A DNA stretch of 64,000 nucleotides from Antedon mediterranea (GCF_964355755.1 NC_092679.1:21063432-21127431), one strand, 5' to 3'; positions 27,202 to 46,984 are shown, numbered from the stretch's first letter. Notes: a model not told the origin generated them from the letters alone. Translations and numbers: made by a program.

Positions 27202-30200
27202 ATGGGTAAGAAAGGAGTCACAGAATGGGATAGTACAAACGAATTTGAATTTAATGCTATGGCTTCGTCTCTGGTGTTTAAGCCGGATTCGAAACCTAAG
27301 CCTTTGCCGGCGGTGAATAGAGGAGAGTCTACAAGCCGAGCAGACTCTACGAAACGAGAGCCTATGGTATTCACAACATCGGTTGAATTCGGTTTGCCGA
27401 CTGTACACGAAAGAAAGAACACTGAGGCGTCTAAACGTAGACGAACACAAAATGATTCGGAATCAACGGCAATGATGAAGAATGAACTGTTAGTATATTC
27501 ATCAACCACTGCATGGACTTATACAAGGAGAGCTGCATTGCTGGTTTTCTTTATATGTTATATTATTATTTTTGCGCTAGCTATTAGTTTACTTGTTAAC
27601 GCACCTTGCCAATCCACTGATAACTGGTATGCAACGGGGATCGGGTACCAGATTTTGCCACGCTCTTTCAAAGACTCAGATGGAGATGGAATAGGGGATC
27701 TTAATGGTAAGACGAAAGTGCCATTGGTTATCATGATTACACATAATAATGATAATAGGCATATCTAGGAATAATAGTGCATTAAAGCAATAAATATTTA
27801 GATGATTAGCAGAATTAAAAGATGCTCAATAATGTTCGTTAAAGACCAAGAAGAGTACAGTGCGACTACCATGTTGTTTCTATGTTAGAGACAGCAACAA
27901 ATAATAAACCATACTCCTGTCTCAATGAGCAGTTAAACAAAATGATGCAGAGTTAGAAAATAGTTTAAAAAACAGTAGGCCTAAGTTATAAACAAATATA
28001 ACAGCCCCGTCCCAAAGTTTGATCTCCAGGTTCGATAATACAGTATAAGAACAGTTTAACAAGTTTACTTGTCGTTTGTGGGCATGCAAATCTTTTATGG
28101 TACCGACTTTGGTGTAGCCTGAGCAAATTTGGTATTCACTATATCTTCTTTAGGCCACATTAATATTGTACACTATAGGCCTACTGTATGTTTATGACAA
28201 TCTAAAGCCTTGTCTACAATATAATATCAAACTTTATGTGTATACCATATTTGGGCACATCACACTTTTATTATCAGGCTAGTTTGATAGTGTAGACAGA
28301 GCTTTATGGATGATGATGTTGATCTAAACGATGACAAAATAATGACAGTTTGAAATTATGTCTTTTTTACAGGAGTAAAAGAAAAACTAGGGTATTTGAA
28401 AGGCATTGGTGTTTCCATTATCTGGTTAGGATCAGTACTAAAAACACCGTACAAAGATCTTGGGTACGATGTGTCCAACTTCGTAATGGTAGACCCTGTG
28501 ATTGGCACAGCTGAAGATTTCACGAACCTCGTAAATGAAATTCATAAACAAGGTTAGTCAATTTGGATTGGACGTCGTTCCAATATAACTAAAAATAAAG
28601 AGACAGCAAGGTACAAGTTGAAAATTCGACATTATTATCATTTTCAAGAATCTTATGACAGAGGCCTATTTACACATTATTCAGTACGGTACGTTACAAA
28701 AGTGTCACAGAAAGCATGAAAACAAAATGTGTTGACCAATGGGTGACGGATATGTTGTAGCCAATCATTGAGACTTAATGTTTTAGCAAAGGAGAATAAT
28801 AAAAAAAAAATATAAACAGTTATTAAAGTAATCTAAGGTGTTCATAGTGATTATTATTTGTATAATTTGTTTTTTTCATATAGTTATTTTTTTATTGTAT
28901 TTTATATACCTTGTAAATAATGTGTTGTTTTGTTATGAGGTCGAACCTCTTTTTGCGAAAGAGTGTTCCGCTATATCAATAAATGATTTATTATTATAAT
29001 AAAAATAATTATATTAAATAATAAAACATATTATTGATTACAGGTATGTACCTCATCTTGGAGATTCCACCGAACCAGTCCAGTGACGAACACGAATGGT
29101 TTACTGATAGTATGAGCAGTAGAACCTCTCAGTTTAGTGATTACTATATCTGGACAAATGGTGTCAACGGAGGACCCCCAAATAACTGGGTAGGTTTATA
29201 ATATATATAGGCCTAATGAATAATATTACATTGTTAGTATGGTTTGGAGTACATCATTATTTTGCGTTTGTCAAGTTCATTATCGTTATTCATCTTACAG
29301 ATCAGTGTATATGGAGGGCCTGCGTGGACGTACGTGCCGGTGCGCAATCAATGGTATTATCACACATTTTCCGAATATGAACCAGATTTAAACTATAGGA
29401 ACCCTGAAGTAGAAAGGGAAATGACGGTAAGAAGAAAACGTATTGACTTAGAAAACATTCTCACTTACTGGACTAACAGACAGACAGACCATTTAGTTAT
29501 TGAGTGACGGTCGGAATGTTAATAGTCATTAATTGATCAACAACTTATCTATTGTCAATTGATCTTTTCCATTAGGTAAATTTGTTCGCGCGAATCGAAA
29601 GCGTCAGCTTATACGCATGCGTATTTATGATTAAGTCTTCCAAACGCTCTCTACGCATGCGATTCGCGCGAGACAAATTCGCCTGGTGGAAAATAGGCTT
29701 TAATGATCAATTTAATTTCTATTTTGATAATCGGTTTATCCAATAATGAAATAAATGTTGATTTTCACCTTAGGAGGCAATACGTTACTGGCTGTCACAA
29801 GATGTCGATGGGCTTTACTTACGTCATGTTAATGCATTATTTGAATCGAGTGAATTGAACCAAGATGAACCAGAAAATCCGGATTACCTGAAGTACGATA
29901 ATGAAACAAAAGTAGGTACAGTATTAGTGTTTGATTAGATTCATATGGTGGCAAAGTTTGAGTTAAAATTGAATAGAATTGACAACACCGAAAAAGCTTT
30001 CGTAATTCTGCAATTCACTCTACAATCACGCAGATCATTATTGCAAAAACTCTGAACGCAATATAATGCTGCATCATTAGCAGACAATTATTATTGTTGT
30101 TATTATTCGTTGTTTATAAAGCGCCAAAGAAAGATAAAATCGTCGCCGCTGCTCTAGCCAGCTATGTCCCATGAGGACATATTCATTAATAAGTTGTTTC

Positions 30201-33200
30201 ATAGCGGTAGATTTAGTATCTAAGGCCGACAGTTTTTCGAATTTGCAAACTCGACTATAATGTATAGGTCCCAGCTGCTGGACCCAAAAAACGTTTGGGA
30301 AAAAAGAGTCTATGAGGGCTCACGGTTGAACGATTTTGGATTCTTGCCCTTTGATTGGTTGACGCGAATCAACAGATTGAATTTCATGCCATTTTTGAAT
30401 TAGTAGATTAATATTTGTTGGCAAATAATACATTGTTGGAAAGGTACACATGTCTTCTTTCAAATGCTGTGTATACAATTAACTAGTGAAAAAATGGGCA
30501 TGTGATTCATAATTAAAGAACTATCTGTGATTTGTATGTATCTTTGCGATTAAAGGACATCTTTTTAATAATTAATCATAAATTAATCAAAAAAACAATG
30601 ATTAACTTTAAAATGTCGAGCGGCGTTTTTTGTAAGAAATATTTCTTGTTTTTATAGTGGAGTTGGGGTACGGTAAATGTGCTTCTTACCCAACACAAGA
30701 TCCGATGCCTTCATTTATTACCCACTGAATAACGTTGTTATTTATCTTCTAGATACTCAAAAGCTACGATGAGCTGTCCCATATCTATACCAGAGATCAA
30801 ACCCAGGTCTACGGTGTGCTCAAGAGATGGAGAGACGTCATGCAAGAATACGAGACGATTACAGAAGATGGCGATGATGATGTCAGAAAGTAAGAGAATT
30901 ACACATTGTAATTCAACAAAAACTGTTGCTGGAACATTGTGTTATGTGATGATGATACATTATTTAATATAAGATTGCTAACAAATATTATAAAAATATG
31001 TTTCCCTCCTTATTTAAAATTAATTATTCCATTATGCATATATACGATTTTTTCGCATCTCAAAATTTGATTCTCTAGATTCCTTTGTTCTCACCATTTT
31101 TGTTTCAATGTAAGTTTTTGGATGTCCTTGTACAAAAACTTGCAACTTATCTACTCTTAATCTGTCGAATACGAATAAAAGAGTATAATCTTTTTATAGG
31201 TTGATGGTTGTGGATGTACGCGGTAGCAGTGTGGCTGAAACTATAAAATATTCTACCGAAGGGTGGGCAGACTATGCCTTTAACTACGCCCTCTATGACT
31301 CAATAGATGGAAATTACTTGGCTTCGCAAATAGAAGAATGGATGCGAGAAAAGCCGACGGGATCAGTAACTAGCTGGTCTGTAAGTAGGCTGCCACGTTG
31401 TCATTTCTGAAAATTTATTAAATCTCGAGTTATCTGTATCTTTAATGTGGGCCGAAATATTAGATAACACGCCCTCTGTTGTCGCTTTCTTTCATTTTGT
31501 TTTCTATTATAAAAAATAAACATTCATCAAAAATATAATGTATGTTGAAATAAATTCATCTAGTTTCTAAAGCTCTGTCTACACTATCAAACTTTATGTG
31601 ACGAAAAATGTGGTGCCTATGATGTCATATCAATACCATATTTAAGCATATCATTACCGTATGTGGACACATCACACTTTTTTTTTGTCAAACTAGTTTG
31701 ATAAGTGTAGACAGAGCTTAAGCGCTTAATTTGTTTGTGTTTTAATTATTAAATCATAAAAATGTACTTTGTTCAATTTCTTTGTTGAAAACATTAGCAG
31801 GTACTAACTAGAATAATATCTATGTAAAAGTAATAATATCTATGTAAAAGTATTCAAATAAAATTAGTTTTTACTCTTTTTTTTTTAACTTAGATTGGTT
31901 CAGGGGATTATCATCGAATCCAATCACGTTATCCCATTTCTATGGCGATGATGACCCTTTTGTTAACCCTTCCGGGATCACCTGTCATTTATTATGGTGA
32001 TGAGATTGGTATGAAAGATATACACGTGACACATAACATCTCGAGAGATCCGCAAATTAGTAATATAAATGAAACGGTAATTCTATTTTTTAGTTCATTA
32101 ATAGCGTGTATTTTGTAATTTAAGTAGGCCTATTTAAATTCTTAAATCTTTACATCTCTTAGAAGATCAAGCGCTGATATTACATTTAAAAGTTCAACAC
32201 TTTGCGAACAAATTATAATTTATCGATTAATACTTGTTATAGTTTCGTGGTCTTATATATAACTTATCACGTGATGCTTCAAGGTCACCGATGCAATGGT
32301 CAAGCAATGCGAATGCAGGATTTTCTGACGTTAACGATCCAGAAAGTCTGTGGCTACCAGTCAATACTGATTACACGACTGTGAACACACAGGTAGGCCC
32401 AATTGAACTTATTCTATCTAAAGAGTATAAATAGGTCCATTTAAGTATTAAAAGGGTGTGTCCGTGTTTAACATTTCTATTTGTTTTTATTATAAACATT
32501 GGCAACACTGATAATAATAGCTTCAGTAAAGCATCAGTGAAGATGATTCGCTGGAATGAAATAAAGAATAAAGAACAGTACTATAAATCTTTGTAAAGTC
32601 AATTTAAATACGGTTGCTTAAAATGCTTCAAATTTACATAAATTGTATTTGACCCGGATCTACCCTTTAATGAAATCATCCCAGTGGTTAATCCCGTGGG
32701 TTTTTATAGGGCGGTATGGTATGCATTAAAATACTGTCCGTTGTCTAGGTGTCATTACGAAGAATTCTGGAGGACAGGTATATAGACTAACATGTTCACA
32801 CGTACGGCGTAATGCTGGCATAACATACTCGTACGTATTTGCGTGTGAACGAGGCAGTTGCGTTACAACGTCACTCAACGCAGCACCTTTTTCACTATAG
32901 CTACCACACTGGATTTCCGTCGTCAGTCAAATTTATATTCAAATACATATTTATCTAGGGGGACATTAATGCCGATGTACACAATTAAAGTCTTCTTTTT
33001 TTTAATTTCATGCACTATTAGGTTCGGAATTCAGCGTACCTAAAATCTATCCGTGACCTTGTTGCGCTAAGGAGCACACGAACTTTTAAGGAAGATCAAG
33101 TAAGGATGTTACGTGCCCAAAAAGACGTCGTCACGTACGCACGCGAGCGTCTTGGGTACCCGACATACTTCGTTGCGGTAAATTTGGCTGATTTTGGCCC

Positions 33201-34435
33201 TGTTCAGACCCATGGCGTTAGACCGTTTTAGCGTACAACGTTACTATCAAGGTCACGTTACAAACCGCAGAGAAAAAAACGAGGTGTTCAGACCCATAGC
33301 GTACGATTATCGTTACAACGGAAATACGTCATCCAGGTTGTTTCTAGTTGCATATTCATGTGCTCTTACACCCACGTGTTTTCATCATTATTTCCACTGT
33401 ATATAGGCCTAGATCTCAGCCCTACAATTATGACAACATTTGCCGTAAATAAAACATACCTCAGCATTTATTTAAGAAAAATATAGTAAAGCCAAATTTC
33501 TGTTTCTATTGTTTTTATTTTGTAGTAAAAAACATTTTCCCCAGGCTCTTGTGTTACGAAAATAAAGCAGGCCTCGTAATGATGAAGAAAAAAATGATTG
33601 TGATTAGTCTATCCAGTCCAGTCAAAGATTATATTCTTTGGTGCAGTCGGTTGAAAATAACCCTTAACTTGCTAATAAAAGGGACACAGCTCCCTTGTTT
33701 GTTTACTGTTTTTTTTAGGAGTTAGGGGATTTTCAGCATTAAACTTGTCCAGTCTAGTCTGCCTTGTATGAATGAGTGACTTGATGTCCCACGCTAGTTT
33801 TTAGCTTGAATGAAATGCGTGAATGGCTCTAGGCCTAGCTAAGCCTAAAAGCGGATGGGATCGTAGTCCCTATGTTTAAATACAAGGTGCATGTATTTAT
33901 GTCATTTGTTAGAAAATATAATGGTAATCAGTTGATAATAGTTTGTAGCCTTTGTAACAGTTGTATTTGTAGTGTAGTTAGGCCTTATTTATTCTGGCCT
34001 TTTTGTTATTGAAATCCATCTCACACATTGACGATACAAGATGTCAGCCTAGGTCAAACCTTGTTTCGCGTCATAACAGGAAACGTTCTGATTGGATACA
34101 ACGTTGACTTACAGTAGCGTCGTACGCTAAAACGGTACTATCAACCGTTTTCCACTACAACGCTACAACCGTTGTACGACGCGTTGTACGCTAATCCCCA
34201 ACTGTTCAGACACACATTCTTTTAGCGTCGTACGCTAAAACGGTCTAACGCCATGGGTCTGAACAGGGCCTTTAGCGTGTTAGATAAGTATTACTTGCAT
34301 GACAGTGATTTGTTTGGTGAAGATGAGATTGGTACCGTTGTGTTTAACACGCATGGGGACATAGGGCAATCGGTTGATATACGTGAATTAATGCTTGAGG
34401 CAGACCAAGCCATTATTGTAGAATTCCCTATCTAG
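27202..34435 (+). CDS. SLC3 heavy chain-like gene B (non-catalytic GH13 ectodomain); last exon split by a MITE (693 aa if excised, 651 aa truncated as written)
   Basis: Exons: 27202-27706, 28373-28552, 29044-29189, 29301-29426, 29774-29911, 30753-30889, 31200-31380, 31894-32076, 32243-32392, 33022-33195 + [MITE] + 34274-34435. TM is followed by [11 protein letters not shown] and [21 protein letters not shown]. Further motifs: [40 protein letters not shown]. Intron phases match genes A and C. Confidence 0.85.
28206..28303. mobile_element. MITE family 1 copy
   Basis: AGCCTTGTCTACA ... AGTTTGATAGTGTAGACAGAGCT|TTA. Confidence 0.75.
29565..29700. mobile_element. Short hairpin MITE (left end eroded)
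   Basis: TTTTCCATTAGGTAAATTTGTTCGCGCGAATCG versus CGATTCGCGCGAGACAAATTCGCCTGGTGGAAAA. Confidence 0.6.
31571..31718. mobile_element. Short Harbinger/Tourist-like MITE family 1 (AGCTCTGTCTACACTATCAAACT TIR), full copy
   Basis: TAA|AGCTCTGTCTACACTATCAAAC ... GTTTGATAAGTGTAGACAGAGCT|TAA. Other copies or fragments at ~353-486, ~8820-8962, 28206-28303, 45713-45762, 48956-49102, ~61200-61290. Confidence 0.85.
33196..34270. mobile_element. PIF/Harbinger-like non-autonomous DNA transposon (MITE), 1075 bp, inserted in last coding exon of gene B
   Basis: 41-bp perfect TIR GGCCCTGTTCAGACCCATGGCGTTAGACCGTTTTAGCGTAC. 3-bp TSD TTT (33193-33195 / 34271-34273). Removing the element and one TSD restores the reading frame ...[13 protein letters not shown]. 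Confidence 0.92.
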
Positions 34436-35799
34436 TGTAGAGATTGAGACTGGGGTCAGACGGGTTTATTCTCGTTGAACTCAAGCCAAGAAAAGAGATG
34501 AATGTGTTTGAAATACAGCCTAACAGGTAGACAAGAAGTTCAACATGAACCATGATTTATGTTTTCTTTTCCGGATATACTGAGGCGTAGGTTGTCAATC
34601 GTCTGAACGTATTCATCCAAGCTGACATTTGACAATTTTGTATAATGTATATAAGAATACAAATAGGTATAATGCTGCTGTCGAATTTCATTCAATCTTA
34701 TTTAAAAACATGGGCTAATGTAGTTTAATTTAAACAGGCCTACAGATAAAACACAAATAAGACAAACAATACAATTTCAAGAAAAACAATAAAACAATCG
34801 TTGAAGTTAAAAGTTACGATTTCATAAGTAAGTGTATACAAGTTTATACAAACAAAAGTATGTTTTTGTAAATGTTGTGCCTATAATGGGTAAATCGCCT
34901 ATAGGCCTATGTATTTGTGTCAACAAGAGAGAAACAAAATCAGTATATTAATTTTTATAGGTATTAAGAGAAAAAAAGTATGTGTAGGCAGATACATGCC
35001 TAGCTACTCTTTGTTATGCAATGAATGAATAAAACTCATATCAACACAACTCCGATAGAGAGAATTATCGACAGTTATGTAACTGCAACGATCATGGAGA
35101 AATGGAACTTTTTCATCGAAGATCGCCATTTGCGACAACAGATATCTATAATTTTAATAAGCCTAAATATTACTATTGGATATACGGGTATGTCGTCGCA
35201 CCCGTTTCTGCACCCGCAAAATGTGCTCTTCCATTTACATATATACAGTACTTTTTTATGTTCAAACATTGTCCCGTGATACTTTGCAGTTCTCTGAAAT
35301 TCATTATTTCTTTATTTATTGACCTTTAAAACACATGCATTGCCATGCAAAGTATTTAATATTGCCTATTAGTTTTAAAGGACCTCATGTGGTTTAAATT
35401 AAAGCGTGTGAACTTTACGGAGGCCCAGGAGGACCAAGCGTATATTATTTTTTTCTCTGGCGCACATTACGTACGCGTCTTTTGTGTTGTGATCACGCAG
35501 GCTGACCGAACAGTTGGCGCAGTTTTTATTGAGATTTAATTTTTGAAAATGCTTTTCGCGATCGTCTTTGCCCGGATTACAAACGTGGGCCTACTATGAC
35601 AGTAAAACCACTTGAGTCGGGTCCAATCATTGTTTCTCTACTTGTTTCGTCACTGTTATGTTTACTCTTGATATTCTGTGACTAAGAGGATAAGGAGGAG
35701 AAACACTCTTTGTCTCCTACTTTGTGTCTACGTAAGTCTCCGGGGTGCAGCGATCAGTAGGTGGAAAGGAACGTTCTCTCAACCGTTTGGTCTCTGGTA

Positions 35800-35983
35800 A
35801 CGAACGTACTGTGGTGAACTTTTACAACCCACAGCAGCGACAGCTGTGAATGTAAATCATTCTGGTTTGGAAAACAGCGTCTAACTATTTATGTCTTTAC
35901 CCACGGAGAAGAAGATAAACTTTCTGAACCTACTTTTAGAAATTCAGATTGAAGTTAGAACTGGAGACACACAAGAACGTATC
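35800..35983 (+). other. Probable non-coding 5' exon of SLC3 gene C
   Basis: Strong donor ATC|GTAAGT after 35983. An acceptor ttattttag| before 37847 lies 28 nt upstream of the ATG at 37875, so an upstream exon is implied. The start coordinate is approximate. Confidence 0.45.
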
Positions 35984-36309
35984 GTAAGTATTGTAGGCTA
36001 CATAGTTTTACATAGTTAGTTAGGCTGGTAGTTGTTAGGTAGACCTATTGCTTTTCTTTACGTTCTGTAGGCTTAAACCTAGTCATGAACCTAGTCATGA
36101 GTTCTAACAAGTAAAACAACTTATAATATGGTGGATGTCGATGATGATGACAATCACAATGATCTTTTTGGTGTGTCAATGATGTTGACAAATTGTTGAA
36201 ATAATATGATGGAGCCTATTTAAAGACTGTAGGCCTATTAGGCCCAAAACATGACAAATGAAGATGAATTTAAGACCTTTGAATAGGCTATTTTGCAGTT
36301 TTAAGTTAA

Positions 36310-36861
36310 AGATGTATTGTCCCTTTTACTAATTCCAAAAAATAAAAAATAAACAATTTCGAAAAAAAGTGGATAATTTTGAAGTATCATAATAGTTATT
36401 AACTTTCACCAAAAAATTAGCCGGAAAAAAAATCATTTAACTGAAATACATACGTTTTTTTGTTCAAAAAATAACTTTGACTTCCAGTCAAAGTTTTTGA
36501 TCAAAACATATCTCATAATGCAACGCGCTTGTTTGGCTACTCTATATGCATAATCATAAAACTTTCTCGCGACCTATGTGAAAACAGCTTCCCAACCATG
36601 ACGAGTTGTAAACAATCCTAATTAGCATCATGCACAATGCATAGGTACTAGTGGTTTGAAATCTTTGTTTACTTTTGCTCATAATGAATTTCTAGACGAA
36701 ATGTAATCAAATTAATTTACCTGTTAATTACGTCAACTTGTTGTTTTTGGCTTGAATTTTCGACTTAAAGTGAATAACTTTAATATTACTTTGATATGGC
36801 CAATTTAAATTTAGAATATTTTGACCTTCATTTTTTGTGTTTCAAGGGACAATATACATCT
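36310..36861. mobile_element. Kolobok-like MITE
   Basis: TTAA|AGATGTATTGTCCC ... GGGACAATATACATCT|TTAA: TTAA TSD and AG..CT termini. Confidence 0.75.
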
Positions 36862-37865
36862 TTAAGTTTTCACTTATAAAAAGACCAAATAAACGGTTAT
36901 CAACAAAAAACTCATTAAAGTTCAGTCAATTTGACTATTTCCTCCGTTAAATTACAGTTTTTTCAGGTGAATATCTTTTTTGGATACAATTTTGGTCAAA
37001 GTGAATAACTATACTATGTGATATTAAAATAGCATATTCAACAGAGAGCTTTAAAATAATAATAGTTAGGAAGGTTTTTGACATTTCTACTTTAGACCTT
37101 TATAGTACGACACAGGCTACGAAAACTTAAGCAAAGTTCTCAACGGGATTATAATTGAATGGACCTGACAAGTACGGCACACACCATTTTTTAAAATATT
37201 TAACCAGTGTATGATTTTCGACGGCCTATATTATAATAAAAGCATATATAATGGCTGTCATTATTAATATTAGTTTGACACTGAGAAAAAGGTTTCCATA
37301 CCAGAAAGCCTCAGCCACAATCGAAACCGGGTTCTGTCAAAGGGGGAGCGAGCGAGCTCTATAGAGTACAGTACAGTATATTAAAATTGTATGTTAATTA
37401 TTGTGTACAACAATAACAAAACTGTTTCGCGCGATTTATACAGTGTTTCGCGCCAGCGCCACCAATGTCTAATTACTATTACTACTACTATTTTGATGGT
37501 AGGGGATTCAATATATAAGAATTATTATTATAGAAATTTAAGCATATTTTGGAATATGACCACTTTATAAACAAATTATGTGTTCAATAATATTAAAATT
37601 ATTTTGTGATTTAAATCATATGTTTGTTGTATTGAGGTATTTTTAAATTAAAATTGTCAAATATAACATGCAATTTTTTAAATCCCTATAAAAAATGGAC
37701 GATTCCAAATACCACGCATTCGGTTCGTGACGTGTGGTCGCGCCCTTCCGTTTTGTGCCAGTGAAAAATTTACAGTCATTGTGTACGGACGACGGAGGTG
37801 TTTATTTGTGAGGCAAATATCTCGACTTATTTATACGTTATTTTAGCATAATTTAGTGAATTTAA

Positions 37866-44218
<6,353 letters not shown>

Positions 44219-45395
44219 ATATAGCTTAATTGTTAGATGATTAAATCTCAATTAATAGTGGAGGTTTACATCTTCATACAGCTGATACTGAAAAAGAGTG
44301 AATTCATGAAAGAGTACTGTCAGGGCATCTTCTCGCATACAAATAAAAATAAGCTAATTTGACTGTTGTTTTGAACAGATAATCAGCAGATCTAGCTTCT
44401 CAAACCCTTGCTGTTTATGCAGGCAGTGAGAGTATAGATCACTGAGAGGTGTTTGCGAATAACCAGTCAAATACGCCTAATGGATTAGCTATTCTGCTTC
44501 AATAATCTCATTTACAATTAAAAAACTAATTTCTGGCAGCTTGTTGTATAGACTTGCACAGTGTACACATTTTGAGGGCTTTAGTGAATGTATGAAAATG
44601 TTTTAATTTGCGGTGTTTAAGTTATTATTAATACAAATTGTGAAAAAAATTAAGTAATTATAATGTGCCCTCTTGCCAAATTTGTAACAGCCATTGATTT
44701 TGGGAGACAAGCGTGTGTTATAATTGTACAGCTAGGAATATTGTTGTTGTTCCTTTTTGACGCGTTTATCAGTCTGGTTGCACCACCAATATAACATTGG
44801 TAGAACAACAGAGCTGGCTATGTGTAAATGAGCAATATCTCTCAATGTATTTACAGAGCAATACAAATTCACAAGTAATAATATCTATTCTCTTTGCTAC
44901 ATTATTAATGACATGTTTCTAAAAATAAAAGAACATTATTCTTGCCTAAATGTCATTGGTAATTCAGTGAAGAGATAACTGTTCTAGCAATACTTGATAT
45001 AAAGTCTTGTCTCCCCCGTGTGTACTTTCGTAAATGAAATATTTATACCCCGCTTGCATTGTAATTTGGTTGTGCATCGCCTTCTCATTCATCGTACCTA
45101 GCTAGATATGGTGTTGTAATATTTGCCTTTTAATAAAGCCTCTGAAGTACTAAATATGTATTTTTGAATAAATTATTTTATGAAACTTTACGTTCAGAAC
45201 AAGGCTGTCGATGGCCTTGTTGAGCCAAGCGCAGAATCGGTTGCGAGACAATTCGGACTACGAGTTATTTTTTGCCGGTGTCTTTGTACGGCTTTCGGTG
45301 TGCGATTACGTCACTCTACGATGATGAATTGTGTTTTTTAATATAAGTGGTACAGCGCCATCTGGCGCTGGCCGTTTATCTGATCATCACTCTCA

Positions 45396-45550
45396 AGCTT
45401 GGTTCCCACTAGAACGTAACGCAAGCGTTTTAACCAATGACAAGCGAAGTTATAGACAGTTAGCAATCACAAGCGAATAAGCCATCGCTTGTGATTGGTC
45501 AATTCACTTGCGTTGCGTTACGTCCTTGCGTCGCTAGTGGGAACCACGCT
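45396..45550. mobile_element. MITE family 2 copy between gene C and FABP1
   Basis: AGCTTGGTTCCCACTAG ... CTAGTGGGAACCACGCT. Confidence 0.8.
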
Positions 45551-45970
45551 TAACTACAGATAGTACTGTCATAGAGATTCTCCATGGTAGTACTAAACGA
45601 GATAAATTTAGTGTCGAAGTTCAAAAAGGTTTCTATGCCTAATCGACCTGAATGTGCTTAAAATGTATCGGTGAATATATAGGTCTTTTTTTCAAAAGCT
45701 GTATGTTCTTATGCTTTGTCTACACTACAACAATTTACTAGTTTGATAGTGTAGACAGAGCTTTAAACAATGGAGAAAATATTTCTTCTGAAAAACAACA
45801 CGCACATAATAATAATAATAGGCCTACACAAACCTTTGTTTCGGGAAAATATATTTATTGTTACTGAACAATTGTTTCACATTGTTACCGGCAAGTAAAC
45901 TAGTTCGTATTTACAGTACACTACTGTAAGTGCTTTACGCATTAAGTTTTTCTAAAACGTAGAGGCCTAT

Positions 45971-46984
45971 CTAAGCCTTAGTGAAGATTCGTTTGGCGGT
46001 TACTCCTTGATACGTCATTGTGACGTGCATTTCACCGTTCACCAACTCCCTCACAGCTTTCGTTCCTGTGGCTTCCTTGGCGTTGGTTAGGATAAGCTTA
46101 CCACCCTCCCAGGCAGACTGCACTGTGACCTCAATGCCTTTAATTTCTTTGATATCTTCATCTATGAAGGTATCGCCAACCTTAAAAAATAAATCGTTAA
46201 AAAGTTAACATTTTTTATTAATATTATGCCAATGCTACAAACTATTTCTGTAGAAGGAAAATGAGATCGTTCCATTTCCCCACCAACGTTTCGTATCTTA
46301 TTTCATTCTGCTAATGTGTAAAAACACTACAAAACGTTGGATGATTTTATTCCACACCAGCATAAGAGCACTTGCTCTATGCTGGTACAGTGTGTAATAC
46401 ACTATCAAAACGATCCCAATCCAAGAAACCATCCATGTAATTGAAATGATATGAATTTATGCATCCATAATGCAGCTATTAATCAGCGCAAAGTTGTGTC
46501 TTTACCTAAACAGGTACCAATTTCTACATCTGGATAAGATGAGTAAAAGGCCTTGTCTAAGAGTACAAGTACATGCGACGAGAGTTTGATTCGAACCTAC
46601 TGTGCGCCACGCGCCCGATTTCAGTTATGCTACAGAGAACAGGTCAGGACCTCCCAAAACTGACCGCCGTATTACAGAACCACATCAAACATTTCAATGC
46701 AGTACTGTAGGCCTAATACATTGTTTTAAATACTTTTAACTATTATGTGACTTAATTTTCTAAAAAATATAAATTGTACCGACCTTAAATGAGTTCACTC
46801 TAGTCTTGAGCTTAGTGATGGTCTTGATGGTGAAGTTATCACCATCTTGTTGGATCTCTACGGTGGGAATGGCATCACTGGAAGCTAGTTTAGCCTTCAA
46901 TTCTGGAGTAATACCGGCTTTCTCCAACAGAGCTTCGAAGTTCTGTGCATCTTTCAGCTTCCAGGTTCCGGAGAAGTTGGTCAT
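45971..46984 (-). CDS. FABP: Fatty-acid-binding protein (intracellular lipid-binding protein) copy 1, 136 aa, 2 coding exons
   Basis: Exons 46784-46984 (MTNFSGTWKLKDAQNFEALLEKAG...SFK) and 45971-46180 (VGDTFIDEDIKEIKG...WEGGKLI...RELVNGEMHVTMTYQGVTAKRIFTKA*). Acceptor before 46989; 5' UTR exon donor CAT|GTAAGT at 47462; TATAAA at 47545-47550 (minus). Confidence 0.9.
46400..46610 (-). mobile_element. Degenerate tRNA-derived SINE in the FABP1 intron
   Basis: Minus-strand B-box GGTTCGAATC near 46588-46597, followed by a SINE core-like body (plus strand CAGGTACCAATTTCTACATCTGG...GCCTTGTCTAAG). Confidence 0.5.
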
